Assembly: GCF_009914755.1 (NCBI RefSeq) | Contig: NC_060937.1 | Reading direction: 5' to 3' (one strand) | Source: the human T2T-CHM13v2.0 reference genome, Homo sapiens | DNA length: 64,000 nt | Shown: positions 41,818 through 55,576 of the stretch, piece by piece | Numbering within the stretch: the first letter of the stretch is position 1 | Layout of the letters: each line of letters begins with the position of its first letter | Notes under the pieces: generated by a model | Database searches by the model: none | The model's input: only the letters and a program-made list of their open reading frames with translations | Told to the model about the DNA's origin: nothing | Translations under genes and position numbers: made by a program

Positions 41818-43502
41818 ATGCATACATTTGTTAGGTCTATTTGGTCTAGAGTTGAGTTTAAGTCTGATGTCTCTTTATTGATTTTCTTGGTCTGGCTGAT
41901 CTGTCCATTGTAGAAAGTGGAGTGTTGAAGTCCCCTATTGTTATTAGATTGCAGTCTATCTCTTTCCTTCAATTTATTAATATTTGCCTTATATATGTAT
42001 GTGTTCCAATGTCATGTGCATATGCATTTATAATTGTGATATGCTATAGCTGAAGTGACCTCTTTATTTCTTAAGGACAGCTTTCCTGGGAATATTATAT
42101 TTTTTTTCTTTAGCACTATAAATATTTTATTCCATTGTCTCCTAACTAAAGTTTCATTAAAAAGTCTACTGCTAGTCATATTGGAAATCATATGCCAATA
42201 TGACTGATATAAACTCATATGAATTTATTGCTTGTTTTATGTTCCTTTTTCCCCCTCTGATAATTGAAAGCTTAATTATAATATGTCTTTCTTTTAGACT
42301 GAATTCTGTTGGAGACCTTTGACATTCCTGTACCTTGATATTTACACTTTTTTCCAGATCTAGAAAGTTTTCTGCCACAATTTTTTAGATGTAATTTTTA
42401 TCCTTTCATCTTTTAATTATCCATCTTTACTTGATGACTTCAAAGTTTTCTCTTTTGATGCTGTCCCAAAAATCTTATACAGTTTTCATTTCTTTTCATT
42501 ATTTTTTCTCTTCTGATTCTATATTTTCAAATAACCTGTGTCAAGTTCAGATTTCTTCTTCTGCTTGACTAATTCTCCTCCTGTGGATGCTCTCTATTGC
42601 ATTTTTACTTTGTTGATTTTATTGTTCAACTCCAGAATTTCTGTTTTATTTTTCTTATTATTATTTCATTTTTTCTGTTAATCCTTTTCTTCTAGCTGCT
42701 TATTGTTTGCCTCATTTCATTGATTTGTTTCTCTCCAAAGTTTGGTGATCTTCTTTAAAATGAGTACTTTGATTAACTGTCAGCTGCTCATATATCTCCA
42801 TTCCTTTAGGATCAGTAAATAATACCTTATTTTTTATTCCTTTGCTGCTGTCATTTTCCCCTGATTTTTCATAATTCTTGCCTTACAGGCCAATGTCTGC
42901 ACATTTGAATAAATAGATACTTATTTCAGGATTCCCAAACTGGTTTTGTCTGGGAAAGTCCTGTGGCTACCATGGAGCAAAACTCTGCCAAAACTGTGGG
43001 GCTCCTGAGGCCCGCCTGCTGCTGAGGGCTGTCCTGAGCCTGGGATTACTGACACTGGCCAAGTAATGGTGTAGAACAAAGATGGGATTGCAATGTAAGC
43101 CTGAAGCCTCACACAATATGGTCCTATGTGTTGCCTTTGTGGGCTCAGTCCATGTGTACTGGCCTAAAATACGGAGTCTTCCTGGTGCTAGGTTATACTG
43201 TGGCAAGCCTAATGTTGGGGTTCATGGCAATTTTTTATGTTCATGTCCCTCTCTTTTTCTCAAGCAGACTGTTTGTTATAGTGCCTGAGGTTGGTGGAGG
43301 AGTATCATGGCTGACACAAAGCAGTTTTCTACTCTCTTCAATACATTATTTCTTATTATTGTGCTACAAGAAGATACTATAATTTCTCAACTGGTTTTCC
43401 TAGCTCTTCTGAAGGTATTTTCATCTGTGGATAGTTTGAATAAATGTTTCTGGGGAGATGATCACTGGAGAACCCTTCTTTGTCCTGTTGCTCCACCCCT
43501 CA
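41818..43502 (-). mobile_element. L1M 5' portion (ORF2 start, ORF1, 5' UTR pieces; antisense)
   Basis: GATCTGTCCATTGTAGAAAGTGGAGTGTTGAAGTCCCC; ORF 42172-42378 MAENFLDLEKSVNIKVQE..RHIIIKLS is ORF1p-like. Confidence 0.8.
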
Positions 43503-43549
43503 CATGCTTTTTTAGTGTTTGTGGACGAGGAACTTATAACAATTCCAAT

Positions 43550-43750
43550 TGTATGGATCTGCGTCTTGTTTTCTCATGAAGCTAAAATCAAAGTGTTGGC
43601 CAGGGCTGTAATCTTTTAAAGGCTTGACAGGGACTGACAGTTTGACTAATGCCTGCAAATCGGCATTGGTTGTTGGGAAGAAAGCTCAGCTCTAACCCAC
43701 ATCTGCTTCTCTACCAACTGTTTCAGCCTCCTTCTATCATGGTAGTGTCA
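43550..43750 (-). mobile_element. MLT1 LTR fragment
   Basis: AATCAAAGTGTTGGCCAGGGCTGTAATC..AAGGCTTGAC motif. Confidence 0.5.
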
Positions 43751-44256
43751 TTTTCTTTTGGTCTTTTACCTGGAATTGTGTAATTCTTTTTCATACTCTC
43801 CTGCCTTTTTGTGATGAGACTGATGACGTTATTGTATAATATTTTGAAATTTGGGTTTCTTTAGTTGTTTTCCCTCATTTTGGTGTGATTCCGATGATAT
43901 GGAATTCCCATTCCATAAAATCAGGTAGGAAATTTAAGTTATTAGAGAAAGTTTTACAAAGAGACATTCACCTTTTCAAATAATAGAGCTACAGGAAATG
44001 TATTGAGTGGGGAATAAGAAATACTAGCATTTATTCAATGAGGTTTAAGAGGAAATAATCAGAATAAAGGTGTGAATGGATTATTTCCTGTTGCATAAAT
44101 CTACCCATTTTTATTGATTTTGCGAAGAAAATATCATCATGTTTATCAAATTGGCCTAACCTTACCTGAAAGCTAAACAACATTATAGAAAATCACCTAG
44201 AAATAACTGACCAGTATTTAAAATTAGGCAATATTTAAAATTTCAGTAATGGCATC

Positions 44257-44631
44257 TGTCTTAGTCCATTTGGGCTGCTATAACAAAATATCAAAGACTG
44301 GGTAATTTGTTGATAATGTGAAATTATTTCTCACAGTTCTGAAGATGGAGAAGTTCAAGGTCAAGGGGCCATCAGTTTTGGTGTCCAGTAAGAACCTGTG
44401 CTTTCTTGATTCATCATCACATGGTAAAAGGGGAAAAAAGAAGTGAAGTGTTTTCTTACAACTCTTTTATAAGGTTATTAATCTTGATTTTGTTTCAGCA
44501 ACAAATATACTTAGGTCATTAACTTCACTCATGATACTTCAGCCTTTATAATATAATCACTTCCTAATACAGTTACTACTATCACAGTGGTTATTAAGTT
44601 TAAACATATGAAGTGTGGGGGTACCATAGCA
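44257..44631 (-). mobile_element. MST/MLT1A-like solo LTR (ERVL-MaLR)
   Basis: TGTCTTAGTCCATTTGGGCTGCTATAACAAAATA..TTTCTCACAGTTCTG..ACCATAGCA. Confidence 0.85.
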
Positions 44632-47600
44632 ACACTTCAACTAATAATTAAAATTAAAGTAATACTGACATCTAAAATGGTGAGATTTTCAAATGTCTTT
44701 CTTACATATCAGTACTATCTGATACACTAAACAAAATTTGGCGTTGCTATGCATTTATTTTATATTTTTATGCTTTTTGCATTAATTTAAATGGTACTTT
44801 TTTCATAAAAGTCTGCTATTATTCACATAACTTTTATGTAGGATAATTCCATTCCTGTCATAAAGCATAAATGACACTGGCACCTGCCTGTTGTATCAAA
44901 GTTTCACAGAGTTGGATTAGTAGTTAACATAGGAAGTTTGTGCTGTCTATTATGTACAAATTTTGTGGCACTTTACAGATAATATTTAGTTACCTTTTCT
45001 CTTATAAATAGATACTATGATTCAATTTTATTGATGAAGACATTTAGTTTAAGAGATTGTAATTATAATCTTACTGAGTTTATTGAATCTAGGTTTCACA
45101 ACTTCTGTAGTCTTATCTTTTGTTCATCTACCAACTTTCTCTTCCAAAGATAACTGAGTTTGATATATTGTTCATCGTCAAGTGTATTCATAATAATCTA
45201 TAAATTGCAGTATACTCCTTAACAGAAAGATTTAATAAAATGATGGCCAACATATTCATTTCATCCTACCTAACTTTTCTACTTTCTGCACTCTTTTTAG
45301 ATAAGACTGCTTTGCAAATTTACATTCTTCTTTGATAATATTGTTTTGGGCTCAAAAACTTCCCTTTATTATTAGTCCAGAAGTCTTAATTACAAATATC
45401 TTATGTAGAGAATTGTGTATCCTGACATTATATTTTCCTTACAGATTGTGTTAGAGTCAATCCCAGTTATTTAATATTTAATACCTAATATTTTGTTCAG
45501 ATATTATTGTTGCTAAATTAAGTGTAAACATTTTTAAATGAGACTATCAAAACAAGTCATCTGTGGGAGAACACATAAGAAGCATAATTTTAATTGAACC
45601 AGAGTCTTTTCTATATTACTATTAAACTCCACAAAATAATAATTTAAGAAAGTTAAAGTATGCATTATTAAAAATTAACAACATAATTTACCAATATATC
45701 TGTTTATCCCTTTAATATAAGTTATGAAACTCCCTTGCCACTTAATTTTAATTAAAATATATTTTTTTCTACAGTAACATACAATAAAATAACGATTAAA
45801 ATTTTATAGTATTTTTTCTTCTATGTTTTTCCTAATTATCAATTTTAAGAGTCATTTAAAATGATTTATTTCTGAACCCCACAGTTTCCATCCTGTATTC
45901 TTGAAGGTTTAATAAGAAAATATCTTCAGATAATTGGTTGATATGGTTTTACTCACAGCATGGTCTGACACATTTGACAATGATTCTGTTTCTGACATGC
46001 CTAGTAATAAGTAATGTGTCCTTATTTATGGACAATTTCTAATTTTGTCTTTAATGATATAAATAAGAGATGTAAAATAATACCATATCATCCTTTTAAA
46101 AAATAAATAAATGAGGAGGGAAAATCCTAAAAACCAATATTTTATTTAAATTATGAATGTTTGTTTACAGATAAATAAGAAAGATAGGGGATACAGGAGA
46201 TCAATAAATGATAGAACATCTATTCTATGATCTCATTATGGAAATAATGCCTTATTCATATTCCAGACAGCAGTGTGGGGCACTTATAGAATAGACCGGT
46301 TTCTGTCTGTCAGGAGAAAATGGAGATGTATTTTAACAGACTTCATAAAATGATAATTGCATTGCAAAAACAAACAAACATATACACACACAAAAAAATA
46401 CTAATAATGCTTGGCACTAGAAAGCGGCATCTGTGGTAATCACTGCAACTGGCTTCTCCCACAGTACTTGACAGGGCTATCTGGCAACAATCTGTTTAAC
46501 AATTTGACCAATGAAAATAAATTGGATACAAATAGCCCATGACCAGTATAAGATCTAACTCAACTTGGAAGTTGGCAGGAAGACATGATGGTACAGAGAG
46601 ATAGTGCCTTTGAAACAGCTGAGGAGGTCATGGGAAACGCTGAAGTATTTTACGTTGTAGTAACTCAACTATGTGCTTCATTTTTAACTGTTCAGAGTCT
46701 TTTATAGTCACATAATTATACCATCTTTTTATCCATTTTTAAAACATATCAAAAACACGTATCTACAGTCACTATTCTAAAAACGGAATACCTCATCAGA
46801 CCATTCCAACATTCAAGATGATGAGAATTTACTACTACTCTCTTTAGGTAAGGGGGCTCAGGCTAAAGCACCATGGTCTATCCAGGCAGTTTTGTAAACT
46901 TCCAAGGCATTCAGGTCTGAAATGCTGCCCCCGTGTCGTGCTCAAAGTTCTGCTTCTTACATATCATCTAAGCCTACCAGGAATTAAATGGTCTTGGGGA
47001 AATTCTCTAAAATCTTTCAAAAAACAATTTACAGCAATATTCCTCAGCTCCACCCTTTAATGTTGACACTTTAACTTCTTTAGGAAATAAACTCAGAGAC
47101 TTTTCTAATGATTAAATAGAAAAACTCAATGCTATTGCTCATTGGGTCATTCCCTGGAGGATCATAGTTTTCTTTAATCTTGTATTGATAAATACAAAGG
47201 ATCATTTGATAAAATACTAGGACTTAATAAGACTCAGGAACAAAAATGAATTCTCTCTAAACCCTAACACCTCTCTGTATTTAAAAGGCTTACCTCCACT
47301 ACCAAATTCCTCTTTATATGGCTTACTCGCTGCAAAGTAATACATGTTGAAATGTAGTCACATCAAAAAATATTTTTCAATTTCTATTTCTATTTAGCTA
47401 TGCAACTAAGCATGTTACTTATCCCCTCTGTGCAACAGTTTTCTCAAACTTAGGACAAATCGTTTTGACATAATAATATATATTTTCACTTTTTTTTACT
47501 TTAAAATTTTATTCCTGCAGTTGAAAAAAAAATATTTTAAAATATCCCTGAGTGACATTTAGCAGTAACTTGTCAAAAGAAAATTGGATTATTGCGACCT

Positions 47601-48344
47601 ATTAAAACAAATTTCCATCAGAAATGCCAAACCATCAATGCATATCCAAGTGTTTCACTGTGAGCTTGCATGAAACTGTATCAGTTTTACTTAATAAGAT
47701 TTATTGAAGGGGAATGAAATTTTATTTGTCTTGATTTTGCATGAATAGATCAAAATGTTGAAATATCAAAAATGAGGGGGAAAATAAATATAAACAGGAA
47801 GATAGTTTTGAATTTTACATTGTTATTTCTCCATTTTTTTCTCCAAGCAACTGTTTTTCAATTTTTTGTTTCCAATAGTTTCCAGTTATGTACAGCCTGG
47901 TACTAAGTGAGTTAAAAATAACTTTGGGAGTTTCAGAATTATTTAACTTGACATTTATATGGCCCAAGAAGTCTAAGTAAAATGACTGTATTTTAATATA
48001 TGTATAAGGCAGATAATTTATAATTCTCCTGGATTTCTTTTAGATATGCTTTATAGTGACAAAATAGCTTTTACTAATCTAAGATTTTAGTTTGTGGCAG
48101 TTGTTTCAGAGAGCTTAATGCTCCAAATGCATGTCATGGAAAACAGGGGAATGTAGAGATAATGTACTTATACATGAAAAAATAATCTCTATTCATAGTT
48201 CAGCAAGACTTCTATATAACAAAAGAAACTAAGAAAATTTAATGAAATGCATGTGCTAAATTCCCCCCATCTCTGTAAATAAAATGGATTCTAAGAAGCT
48301 GAAAGATACAATTTAGAACCTGCGAAATTCATGACTTGAAACTT

Positions 48345-48610
48345 AAACTCCATGTGGTGGTATTAAGAGGTGTGGCTGCCATATGAGGACACAGCGTTTG
48401 TCTCCTTTTGCCCTTTTTATCCCTCCCACCATGCGAGGCACCTAGATGGTGCCTTCTTACAATAACACAATCTCTTTACACAGTAACTAGTCAATAGATA
48501 ATTACTAAATTGTATTGATTAGGCTGCTTGCTGTCTTTGTGCCACTACAACAAAATACCTGAGGAAAATTTATGAACAGCAGAAATTTATTTCTCACAGT
48601 TCTGGTTGGG
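48345..48610. mobile_element. Two MST-like LTR fragments in opposite orientations
   Basis: GGTATTAAGAGGTGTGG..GAGGACACAGCG (+) and AGAAATTTATTTCTCACAGTTCTGG (-). Confidence 0.55.
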
Positions 48611-48831
48611 AATAAAGACAACTTGAAAATTACATTTAAGTAGCACAGCACAGAAATCAAGAGTAAATGAAACTGGAAAATATATACAAATTTGTACTTG
48701 GGACATAAGCTACTAAGAAACTTTGTAAAATGAGAAGATAAATATGATAATATTATAATTCTCAAAGTGATGGCAATTGAGTTCATAACAAGAGTTATTT
48801 TAGAGGCATATAATGATAGATGTCTTATTTC

Positions 48832-49030
48832 TGGTGGCTCACCTGAGAGCCACACAGGACAGGGGAACCCCCTCCCTCCAGCCAAGGGAGGTGGTGAGTG
48901 AGCATGCTACCCAGCCAGGGAAACTGTGCTTTTTCCATGGAACTGCACAACCCACAGATTCAAGATCCTGCTCACAAACCCACATCACCAGGGCCTAGCG
49001 TCCCAACCCCGGAATGTGTATATTCTTACA
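48832..49030 (+). mobile_element. Isolated L1PA/L1P3-type 5' UTR fragment
   Basis: CCAGCCAAGGGAGGTGGTGAGTGAGC..GGAAACTGTGCTTTTTCCATGGAACTG..CCAGGGCC; GC-rich island in AT-rich flanks. Confidence 0.65.
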
Positions 49031-49649
49031 AGCAAGTGAAGATGGCAGGTATAAAAATAAAACAACGGCAATGAGAATAATAGTCATAAGTTGTATGGTG
49101 CATAAGTGGAAAATCAATAGGTACTTGAGATTACTACAGTATGTTGTAGCAAATCCATAGAACATTTTCTAAATAAAAGATGAACTTTGGGAAATGTCCA
49201 TTACAAATATTTTTTAAATTTAGTTTTAGCTGATGATCAATGTAATTAATACCCTCAAAGTTGTGAAAACTTGACTTAATGACCCCATCAGAGATATTGA
49301 AAATATATTAATCTGTAAATAAATATTAGTTTTCATTATTTCCATTTAATTCTTTTATTGTATTTATTTCAGCCAAACTTTGTCAGTGTTTGGAAAATAA
49401 ATAATTTTTTCATTATAAATGATACAGACTAATCTTCTAACCAATTTTTGGATATTTGCCAGAAAAAAATGTGTCAAAGGAAAGAAAGTAAATGATAAAA
49501 ATGCTTTATTGAAAGAAGGTCTGAGACCTGGGATATGTAAACATTTCTAACACTTTGCTGCTACAATCCCTAGCCTTTCCCAAAGTAGCAAATAAATAGA
49601 AAGTTCTATGTGGTGTTACTGGATATTTCAATTTATTCAGGATGACTTC

Positions 49650-50020
49650 TCAGACTTCCTTTGTTTTTCTCACTTTGAAAGCATTGAGGTATTTGGGAAT
49701 ATGCCCCTCTAGTGGAATTTGTCTAATTTTTTTCTCATGATTAGAGTGGAGATTTGGGTTTTAGGGTGAAAGATCAAAGAGGTAAAGTGCCATTTTTATT
49801 ATATCATATTCAGGATACACATTATTATCAACAGGATTCATAATTGTTGATGTTGACCTTGATCACCTGGCTGAAGTAGTATTTGTCAGGTTTCTCCATT
49901 ACGAAGTTAATCTTTCCCCCTTCAACTTCTTTCTGTACTATTTTGTTTAGAGGTAGTCTCTATACATAGCTCACAGTTAAGGAGTGAAGAGTTATGCTCC
50001 CTCTTTTCCATATATTTTAA
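49650..50020 (-). mobile_element. L1MC4/MD-type 3' fragment
   Basis: TTTCTCATGATTAGA, GAGGTAAAGTGCCATTTT, GACCTTGATCACCTGGCTGAAGTAGT motifs. Confidence 0.65.
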
Positions 50021-50059
50021 ATAAAATATACAAATAAAAACCATTCTTTGATTATGGGC

Positions 50060-50127
50060 ATTGCATAAACAAACCCTTAGTTTATAGGCTGGATTTGACT
50101 TGCAAGCCATAGTTTGTTTACCCTTGA
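50060..50127. mobile_element. MER58-like (hAT-Charlie) terminal fragment
   Basis: GGCTGGATTTGACTTGCAAGCCATAGTTTGTTTACCCTTG resembles the MER58A end. Confidence 0.5.
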
Positions 50128-51517
50128 TCATTGGTTAATTGTTTTTTCTATTTGTGACAAATGATATATACAGAATGTAAAGATGGTATGTAGTTGCTGA
50201 CAGGTCCAGAAAAGGACTGTCATACCCTAAAGAAAAGGAGGTCTCATTCGGCTGACCTTGGGGAGTAAAATGTCCCCTAAAACCTTTTAGACCCCTAGAA
50301 GGTTCCTGGGGGGCTTCTGCTGGAAAAAAAGCTTGAGAGGCAACTTGAAAACAATTAAGTCACGATGCACTTAAAAAGAAAAGCTGAGAATTAGGTCAGA
50401 ATTGGACAGGGGGAAAGAACCGTCTCGATGTGTTATGAAGCTTTTCAGAAACTGTTTTCATGATTTTTATCACTGACATCTATTGGAGTAATGTTATTTT
50501 TTTATTTGAATATTTAATTTTCAAAGCTAAAGCCTGAGAAATAGAAGCATTTTATCTTTTACAAACAAAAAGAAAAGATGGTATGCAGTAAAATTTATTT
50601 CTGAGTCTTGAGTTTTACCTCAATTGCATTTAGGTTTAGAATATACTTGAACTATAATTTTAAGGGTATTTTTTACATTTATAATTTAACACATGATAAA
50701 TATACTACAGATACATGGTATAAAGTAAAAATTATATATTTATTTATTTTTTATATTGTTAGGCAAATGCCTTCACAATAGCTACTGAATTAAATGCATA
50801 ATTTTTGTGGTAGGAAGAGGGTTAGGAATTTATTCTTTGTCTACAAAAGGATTCTTATATCCTTGATTCTGCCCACATTATCTGCACTTTGAAATGATTA
50901 ATTCTGTATAAATATAGATGTGTTGTTTATAAATATAATGCAAAAAATGTGAAAATAAGCATTACTATATTAGGAAGAGGAAATAAGATACGAATTTATC
51001 CCTTATAAATTGTTGATGATAGTGAAGAAATATTTTTGATAAAATTTAAACAAATTGCCTCATTCAAAAATAAATATAAGATATGCTCTAAAACTAAAAC
51101 TTTAGAAGCACTAAATATGCTTAATTTTTAAAATGCATAAAATCCATGCATTTTCCCTATCTGTTTTTAATCTGTCTTTTCTATTTACCTATCTATCTAT
51201 ATCAGAACTTGCAAATAAAATGCTGGTTAAAGCAAGATTCTACAGGTCTACAGTTAATCACCTCAGTAGAAGTAAAAGGCTTAAAAATAAAAATAAGGTG
51301 CTCTTTGAAGCTGTGATAAAATTCAAAGGAGTGTGGCAATTAAAAAACTTTCATAATAAGACAGAAAGGTAAGAATATTTATGAAGACATAAGATTTGAG
51401 ATGTAAATACATAAAATGACTCATGGTGAGAAAAACTGACATTTTTCAGTTTATATTTATCTTACATGTTTCAAACCTTTATTAGTTTATGTAAGTGTAA
51501 ATATCTCAAATGACATT

Positions 51518-51861
51518 TGATATGGTTTGACTGTATTCCTACCCAAGTCTCATCTTGAATTCCCATGTGTTGTGAGAGACACCGAATGGGAGGTAATTCA
51601 ATCATGGGGGCAAGTCTTTCCCGTGCTGTTCTTGGGATAGTGAATAAGTCTCATAAGATCTGATGGTTTTATAAAAAGGAGATCTCTCTCTTTTTGGCTG
51701 CTGCCATCCATTTAAGATGTGCCTTGCTCCTCCTTGCCTTCCACCATGATTGTGAGGCCTCCCCAGCCATGTGGAACTCTAAGTCCAATAAACCTCTGTC
51801 TTTTGTAAATTACCCAGTCTCAGATATATCTTTATTAGCAGCATGAATACAGACTAATACA
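51518..51861 (+). mobile_element. THE1 (THE1B/C-like) solo LTR
   Basis: TGATATGGTTTG start, CCATGATTGTGAGGCCTCCCCAGCCATGTGGAAC, AATAAA, GACTAATACA end; TSD ACATT/ATGTT. Confidence 0.93.
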
Positions 51862-52755
51862 ATGTTATTTAAAATTTTTCTGATTTAGAAATTTAGAGCC
51901 CAGATGTATAATGTTATTAATGATGGAATAAAACCAAAAATTTTCAGTCTACCTCTTTAGCTACATTGTGAAAACACAAATATTAACCTAGAAAAAATTA
52001 TGAGCCAAAAAATCTTATAGTGATTGAAATAATCTTTAAACATACAAACTCAAGCTCTCTGATCATTCCCTAGCTGCCACCTATAACTTTATAGTGAAAG
52101 CAAAGGTGTTCATCCATTTATGTAACTAATTAATAATCATATGTTTAAAAATATGCTATTCTTCATTTAATTTCTTTACAAGAGCAAGAAGAATCAAAGC
52201 TGGTATAGATTAAAAGAGTTTCAGACTATTCCCCCAACTCTCCCCCACAAAAAAATGGACTACAAAATTTGATGATTATATGAGAAGCCATAGACTTAGT
52301 ACAAGCTATTTGTACAATTATATATAATAGCTCATATTTCTACCCTACTCAAATAAGTCTCTCTCGGAACCTCTAAGCATAGATAGTCAACATAAGCATA
52401 AACATTTGTTTATGAATTCCATGAGTTTGCAAAAAGCTGGTATTATTTTGTAACTCATTTGCTCACTGACATATTTTGCTATGTTTTTTTTCTGTTCCCG
52501 AACCACTATCAGACTATTGTGAGTAGTTTAAGCAGCAATACATTTAATTGATAGTGATGTAAATATTTCCTTCTCACTTTCCTTTATAGAAATATTTCTA
52601 TGTGCACCGATTTATTCTTCCAAGTGAATTAAGAAAAAACGTAGTCACATTTTCAATTTTTTTAAAATTTTGTTGGAAGTAATACATTTATAATTTTTAT
52701 AAAACCCTTAAATACATAATTACACTATTGTCATACTAATAAAGAATGTTGAACG

Positions 52756-53315
52756 TGACAGAGCAGGAACACCATCATCTTGGACAAACATCACCATTTA
52801 AAGTTCCAGCTCCCTGTCTACCCTTATGCATTTCTGGGAAATCACTTCTCTTCTAACAACAAGCAGCCTGAAAGAGCAGACAGTATAACACAGATAAGAC
52901 AGCTCGGGCATGGAAGGAGGAGTAAAGTCTCTTGGGTAACCACCAAACTTCATTCTCATACAATGGGCCCCAGTAAAACAGTGGACCCAAATAAGCACAT
53001 TCTTTTCCCTTTAGGTGCACTAAGATGGGGAAGCTAAAAGCAGACTTGGGGGTTATGCCTGCAGCTGTAGGAAGATGTGTGGATATAGACACAAAACTCT
53101 CTCTCCCAGATAAGAAAGACAAAGAGACACAGATACATTCTGAGCCTGTGATAAGCCCTCCTGTCCTGAACCCTTAAATACTCTTAGTCTGTAAGAGAGA
53201 GTGCTCCTGAACTAACTTGGCCAGAAGCCCCTCTCAGGTTTATTCTTTAAAATAATCCTGTCTCTGACTGTTAAGCTGCTCTTCATGTTTCTTTCTTCCT
53301 TCTTCAACTCTTACA
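52756..53315 (+). mobile_element. ERV1 solo LTR (LTR19-like)
   Basis: TGACAGAGCAGGA..CTCTTACA termini; TSD GAACG/GAAGG. Confidence 0.8.
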
Positions 53316-53989
53316 GAAGGAAAAATAGAAGGTGTGAACTTGTTTAAATTTTCTTCTAGAGGATAATATTTAAACAGGTATCTGAAGAGTGCATAACACA
53401 TCAATATTGATTTTTGTACTTTACTTTGTAAATTGGCTCTTAAGTGGAATCTTATTTTTAGATATAATAGCTTTCCAATTGATTTATCTAAAGTTTAAAG
53501 GTAGACTATTATGTCAACTGCTGATAATGGAAATTTTAATCTCTTACAAAATGAATTAGCTAAACTTCCAGGAGATAATAAATCATATTAGTAACTGTGG
53601 GTATCAACTTTTTAGTGTTTCCCCTACCTAGGCTACCCAGGTCCTCTCTCTGCTGGTGAACTGCATCTTACTTTACTACATTTAATGCAAATGTATTGGC
53701 TCTTTATTATTTTTAAATCCTTTAGCTTAAATGTAGCATCTTTCCAAGAAACCTTTGAATAGAATTTGAATTTACGATTCTATAAATGGAAGTAATACCT
53801 GTGTGTTCATTATGTGAAGAAAAACTATTACTTTTCTCTCTTTCATATTTCCATAAGTTAAACATGTTATTCAAAATATATTGAATACATGTAAAACAAG
53901 CTTCTTTTCCTATTAAATACTTTTCACAAATATTCTAGCAGCTTAATGGACATTAGGTGTTCATGATTACTTTTTACCCTGTCATCCTC

Positions 53990-54286
53990 GGCCAAGCGCA
54001 GTGGCTCATGCCTGTAATCCCAGCACTTTGGGAGGCTGAGGTCAGGAGTTCAAGACCAGCCTGGCCAACATGGTGAAACCCTGTCTCTACCAAATATTCA
54101 AAAATTAGGCAGGCATGGTGGCATGCACCTGTAGTCTCAGCTACGCAAGAGGCTGAGGCAGAAGAATTGCTTGAACCTGGGAGGCAGAGGTTGCAGTGAA
54201 CCAAGACCATGCCACTGCACTCCAGCCTGGGAGAAAAAGCGAGACTCCTTCTCAAAAAATAAATAAATAAAATGAAAATAAAAAAA
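53990..54286 (+). mobile_element. AluS with short left-arm deletion
   Basis: Dimer with GGCTGAGG joined directly to TCAGGAG; A tail; partial TSD TCATCCT. Confidence 0.93.
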
Positions 54287-55279
54287 CTCATCCTTAAATA
54301 TCTTCAAGAGCCATATTTTGTAGTTTTGCTTTATAAACATAATTTTATCTGGTTTGGGGGCATTATTTAAAATTCATAATCCAGGATATTTAACATTTTC
54401 TGCTTAAAAAACATATGGATCTATAAAGAAAGTGTCATGTGGAAAACATCTGTGTTATTGTGAATAATGTGAGTTTGAGCATTATTTATAACTTATTATG
54501 TAGTAGTCATTTGAAAATCGAGTCTTATAGTTTTTGAGCTGAGTTTTATAGTATTGCATGGTTTTTAATAAATTTTATACATACTATTTCATAACTATTT
54601 TCAATCACATTCAACTGATAAACATTCCTTTTGTTATCAATTTCTCCAATAATTATTTTTCCACATTTTCTTTGTTTTAAATACCTGGAAAATGTACACA
54701 CATACTGTGTTTGAATTATTTAATGAATGGCAAAATGCAATAAATGTAATTCTCCAATTGGTCTTCTAATTCTAATTATTATGCAACATTAAAAATTACA
54801 ATTATATGTTTCTAATTTTGATATTAAACCAAACAGAATTAGTTAAGCTAATGTGAGATAAGAGTGACTTACACTGAATCTATGATCTGGTCTATTTTGG
54901 TTTGCTGTATCAGCAGTGAAACTGCAAGCCAATAAATATGTCAATTAAAAGTTGTGAGCAGGTTTATTTAAATTGATTTCCAAATGCTTCCCTCTCTGAA
55001 AAAAAAAATCTGTGGTCATTTTAGTAAAGCACTTGAATCATTGAAGAAAGGAATGTTGCACTGATTTCTCTTACATCTTCAGGTGGAATATTTCTGAAAT
55101 ATTTTGTAAAAATAAAGTTTTAATTGACTATAATCTATCTAACTTAAAACACTATTCATCTTGCTAAAGTTTTATATCATAGCCATATACATGATTTAAA
55201 ATTTTCTCGTGAGTTCATTAAGAATATTAATAGAAAATATATTTAAATATATTTTGCCTTTATGCGTAAATATTATGGG

Positions 55280-55576
55280 AGTGTGCTGTGACTCTCAGAA
55301 ATGATTCTTGACTGATGGAGGATGAGAACCAGAATTATTCAGTGGACTCTTCTGGAACACTTTCTCTACAACTTTTAAGGAGTTCCTCCTCAAGCTTGGG
55401 TCCTGGTAAGTGAGAACTGTAACCATAATTGTAGTAGCTCACCCATAGAGAGCTCCCCCAACCCTACCTGCCTGTATCATGCTTCCCAGTCCTCCACTTC
55501 TGATACATGTGATTGCTTCCCCGAATAAGCTTTGCGAACCCAAACCTTGTTTTAGAAGAAACCCTAGATAAGACAA
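55280..55576 (+). mobile_element. LTR16-like ERVL LTR fragment
   Basis: 3' end AATAAGC..CAAACCTTGT..AACCCTAGATAAGACA. Confidence 0.5.
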
